A DNA stretch of 63,285 bases, filler included, from Octopus bimaculoides (GCF_001194135.2; 7 parts of 7 records of this genome joined end to end with filler, not necessarily neighbours in it); one strand, 5' to 3'. Counted from the whole stretch's first letter, positions 25,651 to 40,266 are shown. The notes: generated by a model not told the origin, from the sequence alone. Translations and numbers: made by a program.

Positions 25651-26046
25651 GTTGTTCAGTTAAATAAATATCAGTCAAGTATTGATATATATTTTATCGA
25701 CTGCGCTCTTCTATCTATCATGTTTATTAGCTTAAAAAGTATCATTCATACTAACGTATCATTACTGGGTAAATCATTTTACTTTAATCTTTGTTTTAAA
25801 ATTCCACTTGAAAATGACAATTGAGAGCTGACGTGAACAGCAATAAAAACCACATAGGCATCTTTATAAAATCTGTCTTCAAAGCAACCATCATATCACA
25901 GAAAAAAGGTCGACAAAAAGAGGGTGTTTTAGATGAGTTTTGGCGCATACGATCTGTTAAAGATGAATTTGTAACCAAATCATTATCAAGTGTTTGTTGT
26001 TTTGTTTTTGTTGGACCTGTGTATCTTGAGCAACTTGGTCTATATA

Positions 26047-26389
26047 CTGTAAATCCTCGAGTATAGTCCGCCCTTGAGTATAATACGCAGGGGATTTTTA
26101 GGGGACTGTACCTCTGAAAAACCTAAACTTTGTGTATAATACGCACCCCTTCTCTAACTTGAGTCAAGGAGGCTTATATAACGTCCTTGGTTTGTAAACG
26201 TATATACAGTAACGTCCTTTATTATTATTGTATATATAGCATAATGCAAACGTGTAGCTTTTTTGTGCACTTTCTTTGCAGAAAATAAAGAAATAACAGT
26301 AATAACGTCAGTGAAAAATAAATATTAATAAATTGCCCTTACATATTTATCCCTTAGAAAAAGTGTGGATTATACTCGAGGATTTACGG
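26047..26389. mobile_element. Tigger/pogo-like MITE (343 bp) with TA duplication
   Basis: TA|CTGTAAATCCTCGAGTATAGTCCGC ... GTGGATTATACTCGAGGATTTACGG|TA. Confidence 0.88.
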
Positions 26390-27890
26390 TATGTCGGATA
26401 GATTCTAGAGAGTGTTCATAATGGATATGTCTTTGGTGCGATGCAAATTTAGATTGAAGTCTTTTCAATGAGGCTAGATATACATTTATACGTTGGATAG
26501 TCATGCTATTTCTTATATCGGTTGGGCTCTGCGGTGCAGCTGAAGCATCTCCAATTAAGGTAAACTTATCATCACACACCATTTGCTCCTAAAGTGATAG
26601 GCTCATAATGTTTTTCCAAAACTAACCAGCCCATCGTTGAAATAAATATCACATCTTCACTTTCACTCTGATTATCAGGTAAATCGAGTGGTGCTCATAT
26701 CTTCAGAGAGAAGAAGGATTTACGCTGGATTTAACGCTATTTTATTCGACATGACATACTTGGGTCACATGTCCTGAGAGCAGTTACAAATATTGTGAAG
26801 CCTCTGTGTTTCCTTTATATTAAAAACGTTTCTATTTCTGAATCGTTATATTTAGAAATTTAATCCTGATTTGTTCAGAAAGATATTTTTATTCTGTTAT
26901 TGAAATGTGTTTAAAATTTATTACTATTTTCTTTATATTATATTATAGTATAGTATTTTTCCGATACCATGTTTTTATTAATACTGGCCAAAATTACCAA
27001 CCTGATCACGAAGTTTATTACGAAGTCTTTTTAGGGCGACTAGCTCAGATACCTGTTCAATTCCAGCTATTTTTATAGCTGTTCAATTCCAGCTATCTTT
27101 GGTGTTTGCTAGCCACAGTGTCCTAGCCACAGTGTTTTCTAGCCACAGTGTCCTAAACATGAGTAAAACTATCTCTAGCAGTTTTATCCGCCGCCCTCTA
27201 CCACCACAAATTGGGTTATAGCTCGATAGCATGTATCATACTTTCGTTAAGTGCTTTAAGTAGATGTGTAGTCGCGAGCAGACATAAATACACTTCCAGT
27301 CTCCTCAAGAGGGCTGCACTCGTGTCTGTTGTGTCCTCATTACAGTTACGTAGACTGGAACAACATAAAACTGGAGTGAATTGTTCCAGAGCACAACGTT
27401 CTGTCCACTCCAGTATTTGAACTCGCAACTTATGATTATGAAAAAAGAGATTCTAACCACTAACCTACACGCCCTCTCCAATAGTCTGAACACCCACCTA
27501 ATTATATATTTCTGCTTCTCTTGTATATAGGCATATTATCAGAGTGAGACACATGAGATAACTCGTTCTGTTTTCACTAACTAATCAAATATAATAACAT
27601 GCTTTAAATCGGTTGATATGTTATGGAAGCTGTAATTAGTATAGTTGTTGGATTACATAATTTGCTATCATATTATATGTGGGCTGCGTATAAATATCTC
27701 AAATATGACTCGCACACAACACGAGCAAAATTGCGAGAACTTAACTATACACTGACATGAGATTGATAAACATGAGACCGGCTAACCCGGCTCTTGTTAC
27801 ACAGCGTTTCGCTTTTTGTTTGTATGGCGTTAAATATTGCTGCTCGTGTGTGAGTGAGCGCGCGCATGTGTTTGTGTTTATGTGTGTGTT

Positions 27891-27968
<78 letters not shown>

Positions 27969-28104
27969 TGTGTGTGTGTGTGTGTTTGTGTGTCAACATT
28001 TCTGAATGAAAGATGGAGACCAGAAATTGAGATGGGACTTTATGGGAAATAACTATAACTGCAGAGGTAATGGTTTATTTTGGTGGTATGATATTTTACT
28101 AAAA

Positions 28105-28300
28105 TAAGGCGGCGTGCTGCCAGAATGGTCAGTTTGCTGGGAATAATGCTTAGGGACATTTCCTCGGTCTTCACGTTCTGAGTTCAAATTCCGCCTCGGC
28201 CGACTTTGTCTTTCAACCTCCCGGAGTTACCTAAATGCCAATATAATCGACCTAGTCACCTCACCGAAACTGCTGGCCTTGTGACTAAATCTGCAAGTGC
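28105..28300 (+). mobile_element. tRNA-derived SINE
   Basis: taaggcggcgtgctgccagaatgg ... gagttcaaattccgcc ... gctggccttgtgac. Confidence 0.8.
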
Positions 28301-28304
28301 TCCA

Positions 28305-28556
28305 CCCTTATTGCAGTCCCTATTTGTTCCGTGTACTTCTCAAGAGTTTTACTCACTGTTCCCAGGGCTCCGACAATTATTGATACTACTACCACTTTTT
28401 TCAGCGACCACAACTGCTTAACCTCCCAAGCTAACCTGTCATATCTATCGACTTTTCTTTCTTCCTTATCGCATAGCTTGTCAGCTGGGCATGCTATATC
28501 TATGATCCAAGTTTGCTTTCTATCTCAATTAACACTATGTCTGGTTTCCTATTCTC
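28305..28556 (-). mobile_element. Second copy of the RLE-domain fragment (R4/Dong-like LINE)
   Basis: Aligns by eye with 945-1197 (cccagggctccga, cccaagctaacctgtcatatct, gtcagctgggcatgctatatctatgatcca, aattaacactatgtctgg). The minus strand reads IENRKPDIVL... Confidence 0.9.
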
Positions 28557-30638
28557 TATTTTCACTTGAAAAGGAAGTTGAGGCTGGAGAGAGAAGTTTT
28601 GCCTTGTAGCAAGTTTATTGGAAGGTGGGTGAATGATGCTGGAAGAATGACCAGTGAGAAAGAATCAATTCTGAGCGAGCACCTGTAAACAAAAGGAGAA
28701 GGACTCTTGTCTTGTTGTTCACCGTGGCTTTTTTTAGGCTTTTCCACGAGGTCTTTAAAGCGCCTCTCCTATTAAGTCTTAATTGTAATTGTTATTATAT
28801 TGTTTACGTAACACTGCACCTCAATATAATAAGAAATGAAAAACTCAGTTATATAATGCTGCTACTAATTACACTGTTGGATCGTTCAATTTAAGTATAT
28901 AGAAATTACTTTCAAGCATGTAATACTGAAGTTGAGACAAAAGTTAATCTTTTGTATTTGTATCAATAATTGCTCATATTTCCTTATTAGTATTTTAAAG
29001 TTTAGTTTTCAACAGTAATTCTTTTAAATCAATAAATGTTTTTAAATAGTGGAGGACAGCATTAACCACAACTTACAAAGAAGCTGTGTAATTTCAATAA
29101 ATAAATGCTTGATAATGCACGGACATGTTTGCTTAAGATTAAAAAATTGTATATAAATGTTTCTCATTAGATTATATGCGTTCTTTAGTAATACATGCAC
29201 ACATTACCATACATTAATCTTTGTCATGGGGACTGAATCTATATCACACAAGTTTCCCCTAAGACGAGATCGCACGCTGTTTCCGATACTAAGACTCAAT
29301 CAAACTCATATAATCTAGAAATTAAAAGCCCAGAGTAACGCATGAACACCAAACCAACATCATCTCCCACCATTTGCATTAAATAAATCAAGCAGAGCAT
29401 CAGATAACTGATACCACGAGTGATTACTCCAGTCGAACAGAATGCAATTGCTATACCCAACGATAACAAAGTGGATATTTAATTGGTGTAGATATAGAAT
29501 GGAGAATAGAGCTGTTTCCTGCTGAAGTTTACGTTTGGGGCTTCGAATACTAACGTTTAATGTTCAGATTATTGATAGCAAACAATGATAAAGTGATTTC
29601 AGAATATTCCTTATGACTTCCGTTGAACTTGAGCATATGCTATTTATGACGTCATACTGGATGGACTATATATTTCTCAGGAAGCAATCTATCTAATGTT
29701 TGTTGTATAGGTTACTATAAGCAACAGATTTCAGAGCTGCACAGCAAACACGTAATATACGATATCAAAACCAGTGCTGATTAGGGTGTTTTGTATTATA
29801 GAATATGATATGATCAACTTGAATGAATTTGTTTCTGAATTTCCTATATGTACATAAAATATATAGAAACATGTGTACATACTCATATACACACATGAAC
29901 ACAAAGGTATATATACACGCTAAAGAGACATATTTAGATATGTATGTATTATAATATATAACTGCATGTGGAAATAAAGCAGTTTGAGTTTCATAATTAT
30001 GATATAATACCTGAAGGCAGATAGAATAAGCACAACAATATATATGTATAGAGATGTGTGTGCGCGTGTGTTTATGTATATGTACGTATATATATATATA
30101 TNNNNNNNNNNNNNNNNNNNNNNNNNNNNNNNNNNNNNNNNNNNNTTAATTAATTAANNNNNNNNNNNNNNNNNNNNNNNNNNNNNNNNNNNNNNNNNNN
30201 NATATATATATATATATATATATATATAACTATCTCATAAAAGAAAGTACAGAAACCAAATGGTCACGGATGGAGTGTCTTTGACGAAAGGGTTTTATTG
30301 CAACCGAAGGCCTGACATGTTGCAAAGCATCAACAACGCAAACAGCAACATCGGATTAAATACACACCACCACACATGAGCTTATAGCTCAAACTGAAGG
30401 AAGCAGGTGGCCAAATACTTTATCCAAGGGGGCCATTAACATTCTCCTCCTTTTCCCCAACCCCTAGACCATCGCCGTTTTAGCTATCTTTAAGTCGGGA
30501 TTAACAGAAATATCTTTAAGAAATCTTGCGGAGATTCCATGTAACATTAGAATGTTATAACAACTACTATGGTTTGGCAGGTTTAAAATGGCTTAAAATG
30601 GAACGCTTCCAGCCGTGTAGGCAGAGATATAGCAACAC

Positions 30639-30691
<53 letters not shown>

Positions 30692-30971
30692 GCATGCACA
30701 CAGAGAGACACATACACAAATACGCACGCGCAGGCATTAACAAACAAGAGAGAGAAAATATTCCAGAATGGTAATTATATGTGTGTATAGTGTCGAGAAT
30801 GGAAATTACTCTCTGCTGCAACTCGGAGTTTCACCGACACCCTTACACATTTAGCTGTGTGATGAGCGAGGATAGTCTCAAAGCTCGCAGTTGCAACAGA
30901 AAGAAGGTTCGGGAACACTTTCCTTCTTGTTTCTCACTCCCTCTCTCTCTCTCTTGACACACATACATATA

Positions 30972-31098
30972 CAGGGTGTCAACAAAATCTGGGTACATGG
31001 CGTAAATAAAATCATGACATAAACAATTAGATATAAGAAATAATAATTCCTTCAAGTATGTGTTAATCCTCATGTACCCAGACTTTGTGGACACCCTG
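30972..31098. mobile_element. Mariner-type MITE (127 bp) with TA duplication
   Basis: TA|CAGGGTGTCAACAAAATCTGGGTACATG ... CATGTACCCAGACTTTGTGGACACCCTG|TA. Confidence 0.88.
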
Positions 31099-31326
31099 TA
31101 NNNNNNNNNNTAATATTTGTTCTGCATGTATGCGTTTGTGTGTGTGTGTATATATATATATAGCATTCTTTCCTTAAGACCTGCAGTAGTTTTTGATCAT
31201 GCGATCTTATCAGAAGAAACCAACAACGAAACATACGACAGATTGTAATGAAACATAAGCAATATTTAAACTTTCAACGCTTTAATATTGGCTTCTTCCT
31301 TTTATAATGGCTACACGTGATTACAC

Positions 31327-31372
<46 letters not shown>

Positions 31373-32434
31373 CGCACGCACACACATGAAGAGAGAGAGG
31401 AAATAGTCATATAGATGACATTAAGAAGAGTTTATTCATATCCATATATAAACATCTTCTGTGTGATTCATGCTTCACCGCAGGAACAAGCATTCGTTAT
31501 AAATACGGTTTTCTAAGTAAAATTTTATTTAAAGAAAAATACCGACAAAAACAGACGATATTTAAATTTTAAATGAATATTATCTAAAGATTATACAATT
31601 TTAAAGACAGGATTATCTACGGATAGCATCTTGGGAACAAAAGCAAAGACAAAAAAAAANNNNNNNNNNNNNNNNNNNNNNNNNNNNNNNNNNNNNNNNN
31701 NNNNNNNNNNNNNNNNNNNNNNNNNNNNNNNNNNNNNNNNNNNNNNNNNNNNNNNNNNNNNNNNNNNNNNNNNNNNNNNNNNNNNNNNNNNNNNNNNNNN
31801 NNNNNNNNNNNNNNNNNNNNNNNNNNNNNNNNNNNNNNNNNNNNNNNNNNNNNNNNNNNNNNNNNNNNNNNNNNNNNNNNNNNNNNNNNNNNNNNNNNNN
31901 NNNNNNNNNNNNNNNNNNNNNNNNNNNNNNNNNNNNNNNNNNNNNNNNNNNNNNNNNNNNNNNNNNNNNNNNNNNNNNNNNNNNNNNNNNNNNNNNNNNN
32001 NNNNNNNNNNNNNNNNNNNNNNNNNNNNNNNNNNNNNNNNNNNNNNNNNNNNNNNNNNNNNNNNNNNNNNNNNNNNNNNNNNNNNNNNNNNNNNNNNNNN
32101 NNNNNNNNNNNNNNNNNNNNNNNNNNNNNNNNNNNNNNNNNNNNNNNNNNNNNNNNNNNNNNNNNNNNTATATATATATGATGTAAGATTATAATTGAAG
32201 AATGTGAGCCTTTTTCTAAAGAACATGTATTCGACTAACGCTCAAATATTTACTAAGTGAAAAACTATGTGTGTGTATGTGTGTGTGTGTGTGTGTCTGT
32301 GTGTCTGTGATCGTGAGCCCGGATTAAAAAGCTTAAAATATTTACATTACCTAAGATAGCATATATACATGCGCATATGTTTAGACAAGTATATGTGATA
32401 TACACACATATTTGTACACACACGCGTGTATATG

Positions 32435-32473
<39 letters not shown>

Positions 32474-33679
32474 GCGCATTGAAATACATTCACATGCTGT
32501 GTCAAAGCAAAAAGAACATAAAACAGAAATTTTAGTGAAGTTGAAAATAAAGTCAAATGCCATAAACTGGAAAGATATAAGAGTGGGAAGAGTCTGGTGG
32601 ATTGAGACAGATTGAAATGGAGGACTTTATTATGTTTAATTTTAGGCCAGAGGAATGAGGCAACGCCCATAGTAGTCCTTATAATAAAACAATACATTTT
32701 GATTTATTTCAATCGGTTTCCACAGCGAAGGAAACACAAGTGATGTGGTGGTAGTCACTCGTAGTCTGAGAAAGTTCTGCAGTTTCTTGCTGAGTAACCT
32801 GCACAAATGATGTGTTTACAGCGACCAAATGTATGCGTTGGACGTCAGCTCACTCTCTCCATCAAATCAACGTTGCCTGTACAGGTGAACGGTGAACCAC
32901 GTGTGAGGTGTTGAAGTGTCTGCAGAGCAACGCGAAGTGAAGTGAAGTGTTTTGTTTATGAACACAAAACACCACCCGGTTCAGGAAGTGAAACCAGGAT
33001 CTTGTTGTCGCGAGTTCTAACCTCTAGGCTACATGCCATCACAGAACCACAAGTAGTATTTACATTGTTGAATATTATTAAGTAAGATGGCTTAAATTAG
33101 GAAAGCTTGGTTGAAGTATTATGTATATTACTCATGATTTTTAGGTAAGACGACTTCAAAAGACGTGAAACAAATGTTGAGGCCTTATTTATTTTGTAGT
33201 CTTGGGTAGTGAGTCATTTTCAAATGGTACGTTCGCCACGAGGGGAAATTTAGGCACCAACAGATTTTTCTAAAAATACAAACTTAAGGATTTAGAAACA
33301 GAAAGAAAGTTCATGCTAATAGTTTAGCATCTTGAAAAATGAATTATTCATAACTTTGTTTTATATACGTACAAATACGACTGATATATTTTTAACTTGA
33401 AAAAAACAAAACAAAAAAAAAACGGTTTTTCGTTTTTCAAACTTTCCATGCGAAAATAAACCAGTAAATTTTAAATTACCATATGGAGTGCGCCAGTGAT
33501 TTTCCCTTTCATCTCCAGCAGTGTGCCACAAAAATACAAGGCAAAAAAAAAAAAAAGAAGACTGATAAACATTGATCCTGTGTCTTTTACTATATTGGAA
33601 AATGCTATGCTTGCCAATATCTGATACCGTCTCATTGCTTCAACGGCACGATGAATAAAAGTAAAATGTGAAGCCACTG

Positions 33680-33990
33680 CAGTGTGGCAAAGAAGTTCGC
33701 TTTGCAATCGCGGTGTTTCGGGTTCAATCTTACTGCCAGGTACCTTGCGTAAGTGTCTTCTACTACATACTAAATATTCGGGTCGACCAATGGCCTTGTG
33801 AGTGAATTTGGCAGACGGTACCTGTGTAGAAGCTTGTCGCGCATGTCTATCTGTCAGTCTTTCTGTTTGCGCTCATCACTCGACCGCTTGACAAACGATA
33901 TTGGTTTTGTATATGTCTTTGAATTTTGACGGTTCGGCAAAAAGATATCGAAAATAATAAGTATTAGGCGCTTGAAATAAGTACAGGGGA
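33680..33990 (+). mobile_element. tRNA-derived SINE (gtgtggtaagaag... family), diverged
   Basis: gtgtggcaaagaagttcgc ... gggttcaatc ... aagtgtcttctac ... ggccttgtgagtgaatttggcagacgg. Confidence 0.75.
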
Positions 33991-34021
33991 CAATTTGTTT
34001 AACTATACCCATGCATGAAGA

Positions 34022-34300
34022 TGCATGGCTCAGTAGTTAGAGAGTCAGGCTCACAATCATGAGGTAGTGAGTTCGATTCCCGGACCAGGCTGCGTGTTGT
34101 GTTCTTGAGCAAGACACTTCATTTTATGTTGCTCCAGTTCACTCAGCTGTAGAAATGAGTTGCGACGTCGAGGGGGAGGCTGGTATGCATAGACAACTGC
34201 TGGACGTCCATAAACAACCTTGCCTCTAGACTCGAGTGGTGGGGGGAAAACTTTCTAGGTGCAATCCCACGGTCATTCATGACCGTGGGGGAGGGGCTCT
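34022..34300 (+). mobile_element. tRNA-derived CORE-like SINE
   Basis: A box tggctcagtagttagag, B box gagttcgattccc, CORE-like cttgagcaagacacttcatttt..tgctccagttcactcagctgtagaaatgag. Confidence 0.85.
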
Positions 34301-35025
34301 TTACTATTTGTACGCTTTTGATCTATCATCACTGCTATTCTAAGTCAGCTACTGTCAGGTCTTTCATCCAAGACAAAATGCTCCCTAAACAACATAAATA
34401 TCGTTCCCATATTTTTTCCTTGAGTTGATTGGATGTATGATTTGAGGGGGGCATTTGATTACAATTTCTAGCACATCAACTGACGAGGACGGCTACATTG
34501 TCGTTAGTTTAGCGTAACTGTTGGAACACAAGGCAAAAACGCTTTCAATGTTTCTACCTAAACTCGTAATTTCTTATAAAAACACACATACACCATACGT
34601 GTGATAAAAACACGTGCACGACAATGTTATCAAAAGAAGAAAAGCTGATACGACTGATAACATCAGCATTTGACGTTAAATACCCCCCCCACACACACAC
34701 ACACACATACTTGATGTCACTCGTTCGCGCATTGTTTCGCTAGTCATAGCTGTTGTCTTGTCAAACTTAAGGTCTAAACTCCAGCATGTGTACGGACACA
34801 ATACTGGGAGGTGGGAGAGAGACAGAGAAATGAGATATGTTGAAAGACATAGAAAGATAGTGGTGGTGGTGGTAGGAGTGGGGAGAGGACTTATCAAACC
34901 AGAAGCTTCTTCTTATCGCTTATATCGCTTGCTGGGTTTGTATAAGTATTTGATTATTATTATCAGAGACTGGCGAAGCACGTGTTGAGAAGAATACTTG
35001 CTCAGATAACTAGGTAGGTAGATAA

Positions 35026-35078
<53 letters not shown>

Positions 35079-35184
35079 CAAGAGCGAAAAGGCTAGGCTA
35101 GATACAGGCACGAAAACAAAGAGATAGCTAGCAAGATATAAGAGTTAAAACGTCTGAAAGGGTGTGATACATACATATATAGAC

Positions 35185-35440
35185 CAGTGCTTCGCAACCG
35201 CTGCGCCACGAGACGATGCAAGGTATGCCGCAGCATAACCTGGATATATTCCCCCCCCCCACCCCCATGCTCTTATTTATTTTTCTTTAGTTCAGGTGTG
35301 NNNNNNNNNNGCCGCAGCATAACCTGGATATATTCCCCCCCCCCACCCCCATGCTCTTATTTATTTTTCTTTAGTTCAGGTGTGCCACCGAATTTAGGAA
35401 AGAATGTAAGTGTGACGCAAGTGGAAATAGACAGACAGAG
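35185..35440 (+). mobile_element. 5' terminus of a hAT-type non-autonomous element
   Basis: CAGTGCTTCGCAACC terminus preceded by ataTAgac (nnnTAnnn); the other end is not identifiable. Confidence 0.5.
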
Positions 35441-35539
35441 AAAAAGGGTTTTGAAATGGTGAGATGCCCTCCCTATGTCCTGGGGTCGGTTTGCCAAAAC
35501 CCTTCAATTCCCTTCGGATATTTTTTGTTTGTTTAATTC

Positions 35540-35870
35540 ATTAGCCTGCAGCCATGCTGGAGCAACACCTTGAAGAATTTTAGTCGAATGAATCAACTCG
35601 CATTCTAACGGTCTCTTTTGCTGAAATGCTATGGTTATGGGCATGTTAACAAACCAGCACCGGTTGTCAATCAATGCTGGGGGTACAGACACTGGTACTA
35701 CAAAGACACACAGAATACACTAGGCTTCTTTCAGTTTCCGTCGAACAAACCCACTAAAAAGGCTTTGGCCAACTCGAGACTATAATTGAAAACGCTTGCC
35801 CATGGTGCCATGAAGTAGGACTGAACCCAGAACCGTGTATTTGGGAAGTAAACTTATAGTACACACACAG
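35540..35870 (-). mobile_element. tRNA-derived SINE
   Basis: ccatgctggagcaacacc ... ggttgtcaatcaatgctggggg ... ttcagtttccgtc ... ggactgaacccagaacc. Confidence 0.8.
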
Positions 35871-36769
35871 ACACGCGGTTTAAAGTAAAACGTTTGAAAT
35901 AATGAAACGTATTCAAGAATGTACCTAGGTTAGTAAAAGGTATGAGGAGAGATGATGGAAAGACAGATAAATTGATAGAAGAGACAAGTGAGGCATTTCC
36001 AAGAACTATAAAAGGATTAGGTAATTACAGTGAGAATGCTTTTTGAATTATAATTCTGCTCAACCAGGTTCCACTTGTTAACTGCTTTTATCACTGAACC
36101 CTACCCCTGTTCATCCACTTCAAAATGATATTCAAACGAAATTCCACGAAGTAACAAAGATAAAAATTAAAACAAAAATGTTCATGTTAGTACATACAGA
36201 CGCAGCCAACGTGTTACAACAGTATTTACTTAAAGACGATTACTTATCGACATTAGCTAAAATGGATGGTTAGTCATACGCTGCTTGCGTAAATTAAATT
36301 GATGGACCAAAGCAAAATCTAATTTCTGACAGGAAGCTCCAAAAGTCAGAAAAATTGGAAAGGCAATGGAGGTAATAATCATTACCTCAATCTCAGTACC
36401 TGTCAGGTTCTTTGGTTTATCGACCTCGGAAAGGAAACACTGAGATGACTTTAATAGAACTTGAACTCAAACACGTAAAGACCATAGACTAAATATCTCA
36501 AGGTTTTAGCGATTGAACCAAACCTGTGTATGAACAGATTGATTGAAACGTTCGCCAAAATGCCTTGCGTACGCTCTGTAATAAAATTTTGCCGGGGTCA
36601 GCCTTGTATTTCAACCCTCCGGGGGCACTCTCAAGGCTTTGGTCGGCCCGAGGCTATAGCAGAAGACACTTGACAAAAATGTCACGCAGTGGGACTGAAA
36701 CCGGAACTTTATGGTTGGTAAGCAAGCTACCACACAGCCACTCCCGCGCCTATAGGTAAAAAAATTAAA

Positions 36770-36814
<45 letters not shown>

Positions 36815-37071
36815 NNNNNNNNNNNNNNNNNNNNNNNNNNNNNNNNNNNNNNNNNNNNNNNNNNNNNNNNNNNNNNNNNNNNNNNNNNNNNNNNNNNNNN
36901 NNNNNNNNNGTGTGTGTGAAAGAGATGAATATTGCTTAATGCACACAGTATATAGTTATGAGCTACCAATAGTTTCATTCTCTGGAGACGTTAGGTTTGT
37001 TATTACAACCTGCCTAGACAACATCGCCACTGTATGAAACTATTGGAAGCTCATAACTATATACTGTGTGC

Positions 37072-37114
<43 letters not shown>

Positions 37115-37609
37115 AAACACTCAAACATTGCCTAAAATTTTTATCTCCATTTCATTTAGGTTAAGGTCACATAACATGCGAGTTACGACATAAGGGTGTG
37201 GGCATGTACGTACGTGTGCAAGCTTCTACATATGTGTGTATATGTGCATGTGTATATATATATATATATATATAATATTTCTCAGTGTATACGCGCATCC
37301 ATATTTCTATGTATATATCTGTTTGCATGTGCCTATCTGTACGCGTTTGTGTACGTTGTTGTTGTTGTTGTGTGTGTGTGTGTATAGCATTTTAGGAGGG
37401 AGAGAAAATCGGCATGATAAGAAGGAGGGTAGGTTGGTACCGTCTGGAGACGGGTAGATCTCTTCAGTACCCTTTTTTTTTTTCACATATATCATTATGG
37501 GCATATTTGGAAACGTAATCCTCCATACCAACTCCACCCGTATATACTTAAACCCGACTCTAGCATATGATAAATTCATTATAGACAGAGAAGGAAAATA
37601 TAAACACAA

Positions 37610-37654
<45 letters not shown>

Positions 37655-37664
37655 NNNNNNNNNN

Positions 37665-37715
<51 letters not shown>

Positions 37716-37977
37716 CGCACAAAGAAATGAAAGAGAGAAGACAGGGAGAAAAACCACTTTTGGTACGGTACCGATTGGTGTTTGGAGAGAATGAAGATGT
37801 AATGTAAACGGCAATTAGATGTTAGAGAAACAAGGGGAAGAAATATAAAAAAGATGGGGGAATAAGTGCGTGAAGACTGAAGCCCGATAACTCAGACGAG
37901 CATACTTGTGTGCGGGCGTGTGTATGTATGTGTACATGTATATACGTATGTGTATGTATGTATATATGAAGTATAAC

Positions 37978-38016
<39 letters not shown>

Positions 38017-38025
38017 CTATGTGCA

Positions 38026-38060
<35 letters not shown>

Positions 38061-38171
38061 NNNNNNNNNNNNNNNNNNNNNNNNNNNNNNNNNNNNNNNN
38101 NNNNTTAATTAATTAANNNNNNNNNNNNNNNNNNNNNNNNNNNNNNNNNNNNNNNNNNNNAGTGTGTGTGT

Positions 38172-38530
38172 CTGTGTGTGTGTGTATTGGCACAGGAGTG
38201 GCTGAGTGGTATCTTGCTTACCAACCACATGGTTCCGGGTTCAGTCCTACTGCGTGGCACCTTGGGAAAATGTCTTCTACTATAGCCTCGGGCTGACCAA
38301 ACACTTGTGAGTGGATTTGATAGCCCGTCGTATGTGTGTGTGTGTGTGTTTGTGTTTGTCTCCTCCAACATCGCTTGACAACCGATACTGGCGTGTTTAC
38401 GTCCCCGTAACTTAACGGATCGGCAAAATAGTCCGCTAGAATAAGTACTAGGCTTACAAAGAATAAGTCCTGGGGTCGATTTGCTCGACTAAAGACGATG
38501 CTCCAGCATGGCCGCAGTCAAATGTTTGAA
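38172..38530 (+). mobile_element. tRNA-derived SINE, near full length (partial minus-strand copy of the same family at 36624-36752)
   Basis: ggagtggctgagtggta ... gggttcagtcc ... gtccccgtaacttaacgg ... ccagcatggccgcagtcaaatg. Confidence 0.85.
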
Positions 38531-38551
38531 GCAAAAGAATAAAAGAATATG

Positions 38552-38594
<43 letters not shown>

Positions 38595-38693
38595 AATACC
38601 AGTGATGTTCTAGGGTGAATTTAATGAGCAGTCCTCGTCCCTTGAATATATCTGTACGATAGAAAATATTATCCGCAGCATCAGTAACATCAC

Positions 38694-38766
<73 letters not shown>

Positions 38767-39599
38767 TCTACCACTGTATCAGCATCGTCGTCGTCATCAT
38801 CATCAACATTATCATCGACATCACCATCCGTGTATTTATTATCAATGAAATACATTAAAATCACTAATCACAGGTGTGTTTGTGTATGTATGTATGTGTG
38901 TGCGTGTGTTCAGGTGTGTGTTTGTGTGNNNNNNNNNNNNNNNNNNNNNNNNNNNNNNNNNNNNNNNNNNNNNNNNNNNNNNNNNNNNNNNNNNNNNNNN
39001 NNNNNNNNNNNNNNNNNNNNNNNNNNNNNNNNNNNNNNNNNNNNNNNNNNNNNNNNNNNNNNNNNNNNNNNNNNNNNNNNNNNNNNNNNNNNNNNNNNNN
39101 NNNNNNNNNNNNNNNNNNNNNNNNNNNNNNNNNNNNNNNNNNNNNNNNNNNNNNNNNNNNNNNNNNNNNNNNNNNNNNNNNNNNNNNNNNNNNNNNNNNN
39201 NNNNNNNNNNNNNNNNNNNNNNNNNNNNNNNNNNNNNNNNNNNNNNNNNNNNNNNNNNNNNNNNNNNNNNNNNNNNNNNNNNNNNNNNNNNNNNNNNNNN
39301 NNNNNNNNNNNNNNNNNNNNNNNNNNNNNNNNNNNNNNNNNNNNNNNNNNNNNNNNNNNNNNNNNNNNNNNNNNNNNNNNNNNNNNNNNNNNNNNNNNNN
39401 NNNNNNNNNNNNNNNNNNNNNNNNNNNNNNNNNNNNNNNNNNNNNNNNNNNNNNNNNNNNNNNNTCCCTCTCCGCTATTCTCACCTCACCTCGGTTACCT
39501 TTATTTTAACCACCCGCACCTTCCACGCTCCACCTTCCATCTTACTTCTACCTCATCCCATTACCTGTGCCTCATCCGCGCTCACTTTCCGTAATGCCT

Positions 39600-40043
39600 G
39601 CAAACATCGCCGCCGCCACCACCACCACTACAACAACAACCACAACAACAATAACATCATCACTACCATCGGCACCACCACTGCCATCACCTTCCCGCCA
39701 ATTATCATTCCTACCACTACGGCTACCACTATCGCTACCATCATCATCTTCCTCAATCTCTACTACCACCTCAACCACCACCGATACAACCTTTTCTACC
39801 ACAACTGTTTTTCTACTACAGTGCCACCATCACAACCATCGCACACACTAGCATCACAATTACCATGGCAACTATCACCAACACCACTCACCACCGTCAC
39901 AGCCACCATCATCGTCATCACTACCTCCACCACCACCACAATCACTCCTGCCACAATCACCACTGCCACTACTATTACCACCACCACCACCACTACCAAC
40001 ACTGGCATCGCCACTACCACCACCGCTACAGTTACCACCGCCA
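39600..40043. repeat. Degenerate (CAC/CAT/TAC)n trinucleotide tract
   Basis: Low-complexity sequence bounded by gaps; gives poly-T/H/V ORFs in several frames. Confidence 0.85.
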
Positions 40044-40223
40044 NNNNNNNNNNNNNNNNNNNNNNNNNNNNNNNNNNNNNNNNCATTAAGACCATTTCAA
40101 TCCCTCTTCCTCCTCATTCTTGACTACAATTGATTCTTACTCCTACTCCCGCCACCACCTTTTCTAATTACATCGTACGTGCTATTCTCTGTGGCTTCCT
40201 TCTACCTCCTCAGCCCACCCCTC

Positions 40224-40266
<43 letters not shown>

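Noticed and set aside
38690-38830. Poly-His/Met/Asp ORFs from (CAT)n; poly-Lys at 44026..44220
   Set aside because: These are pure microsatellite translations.
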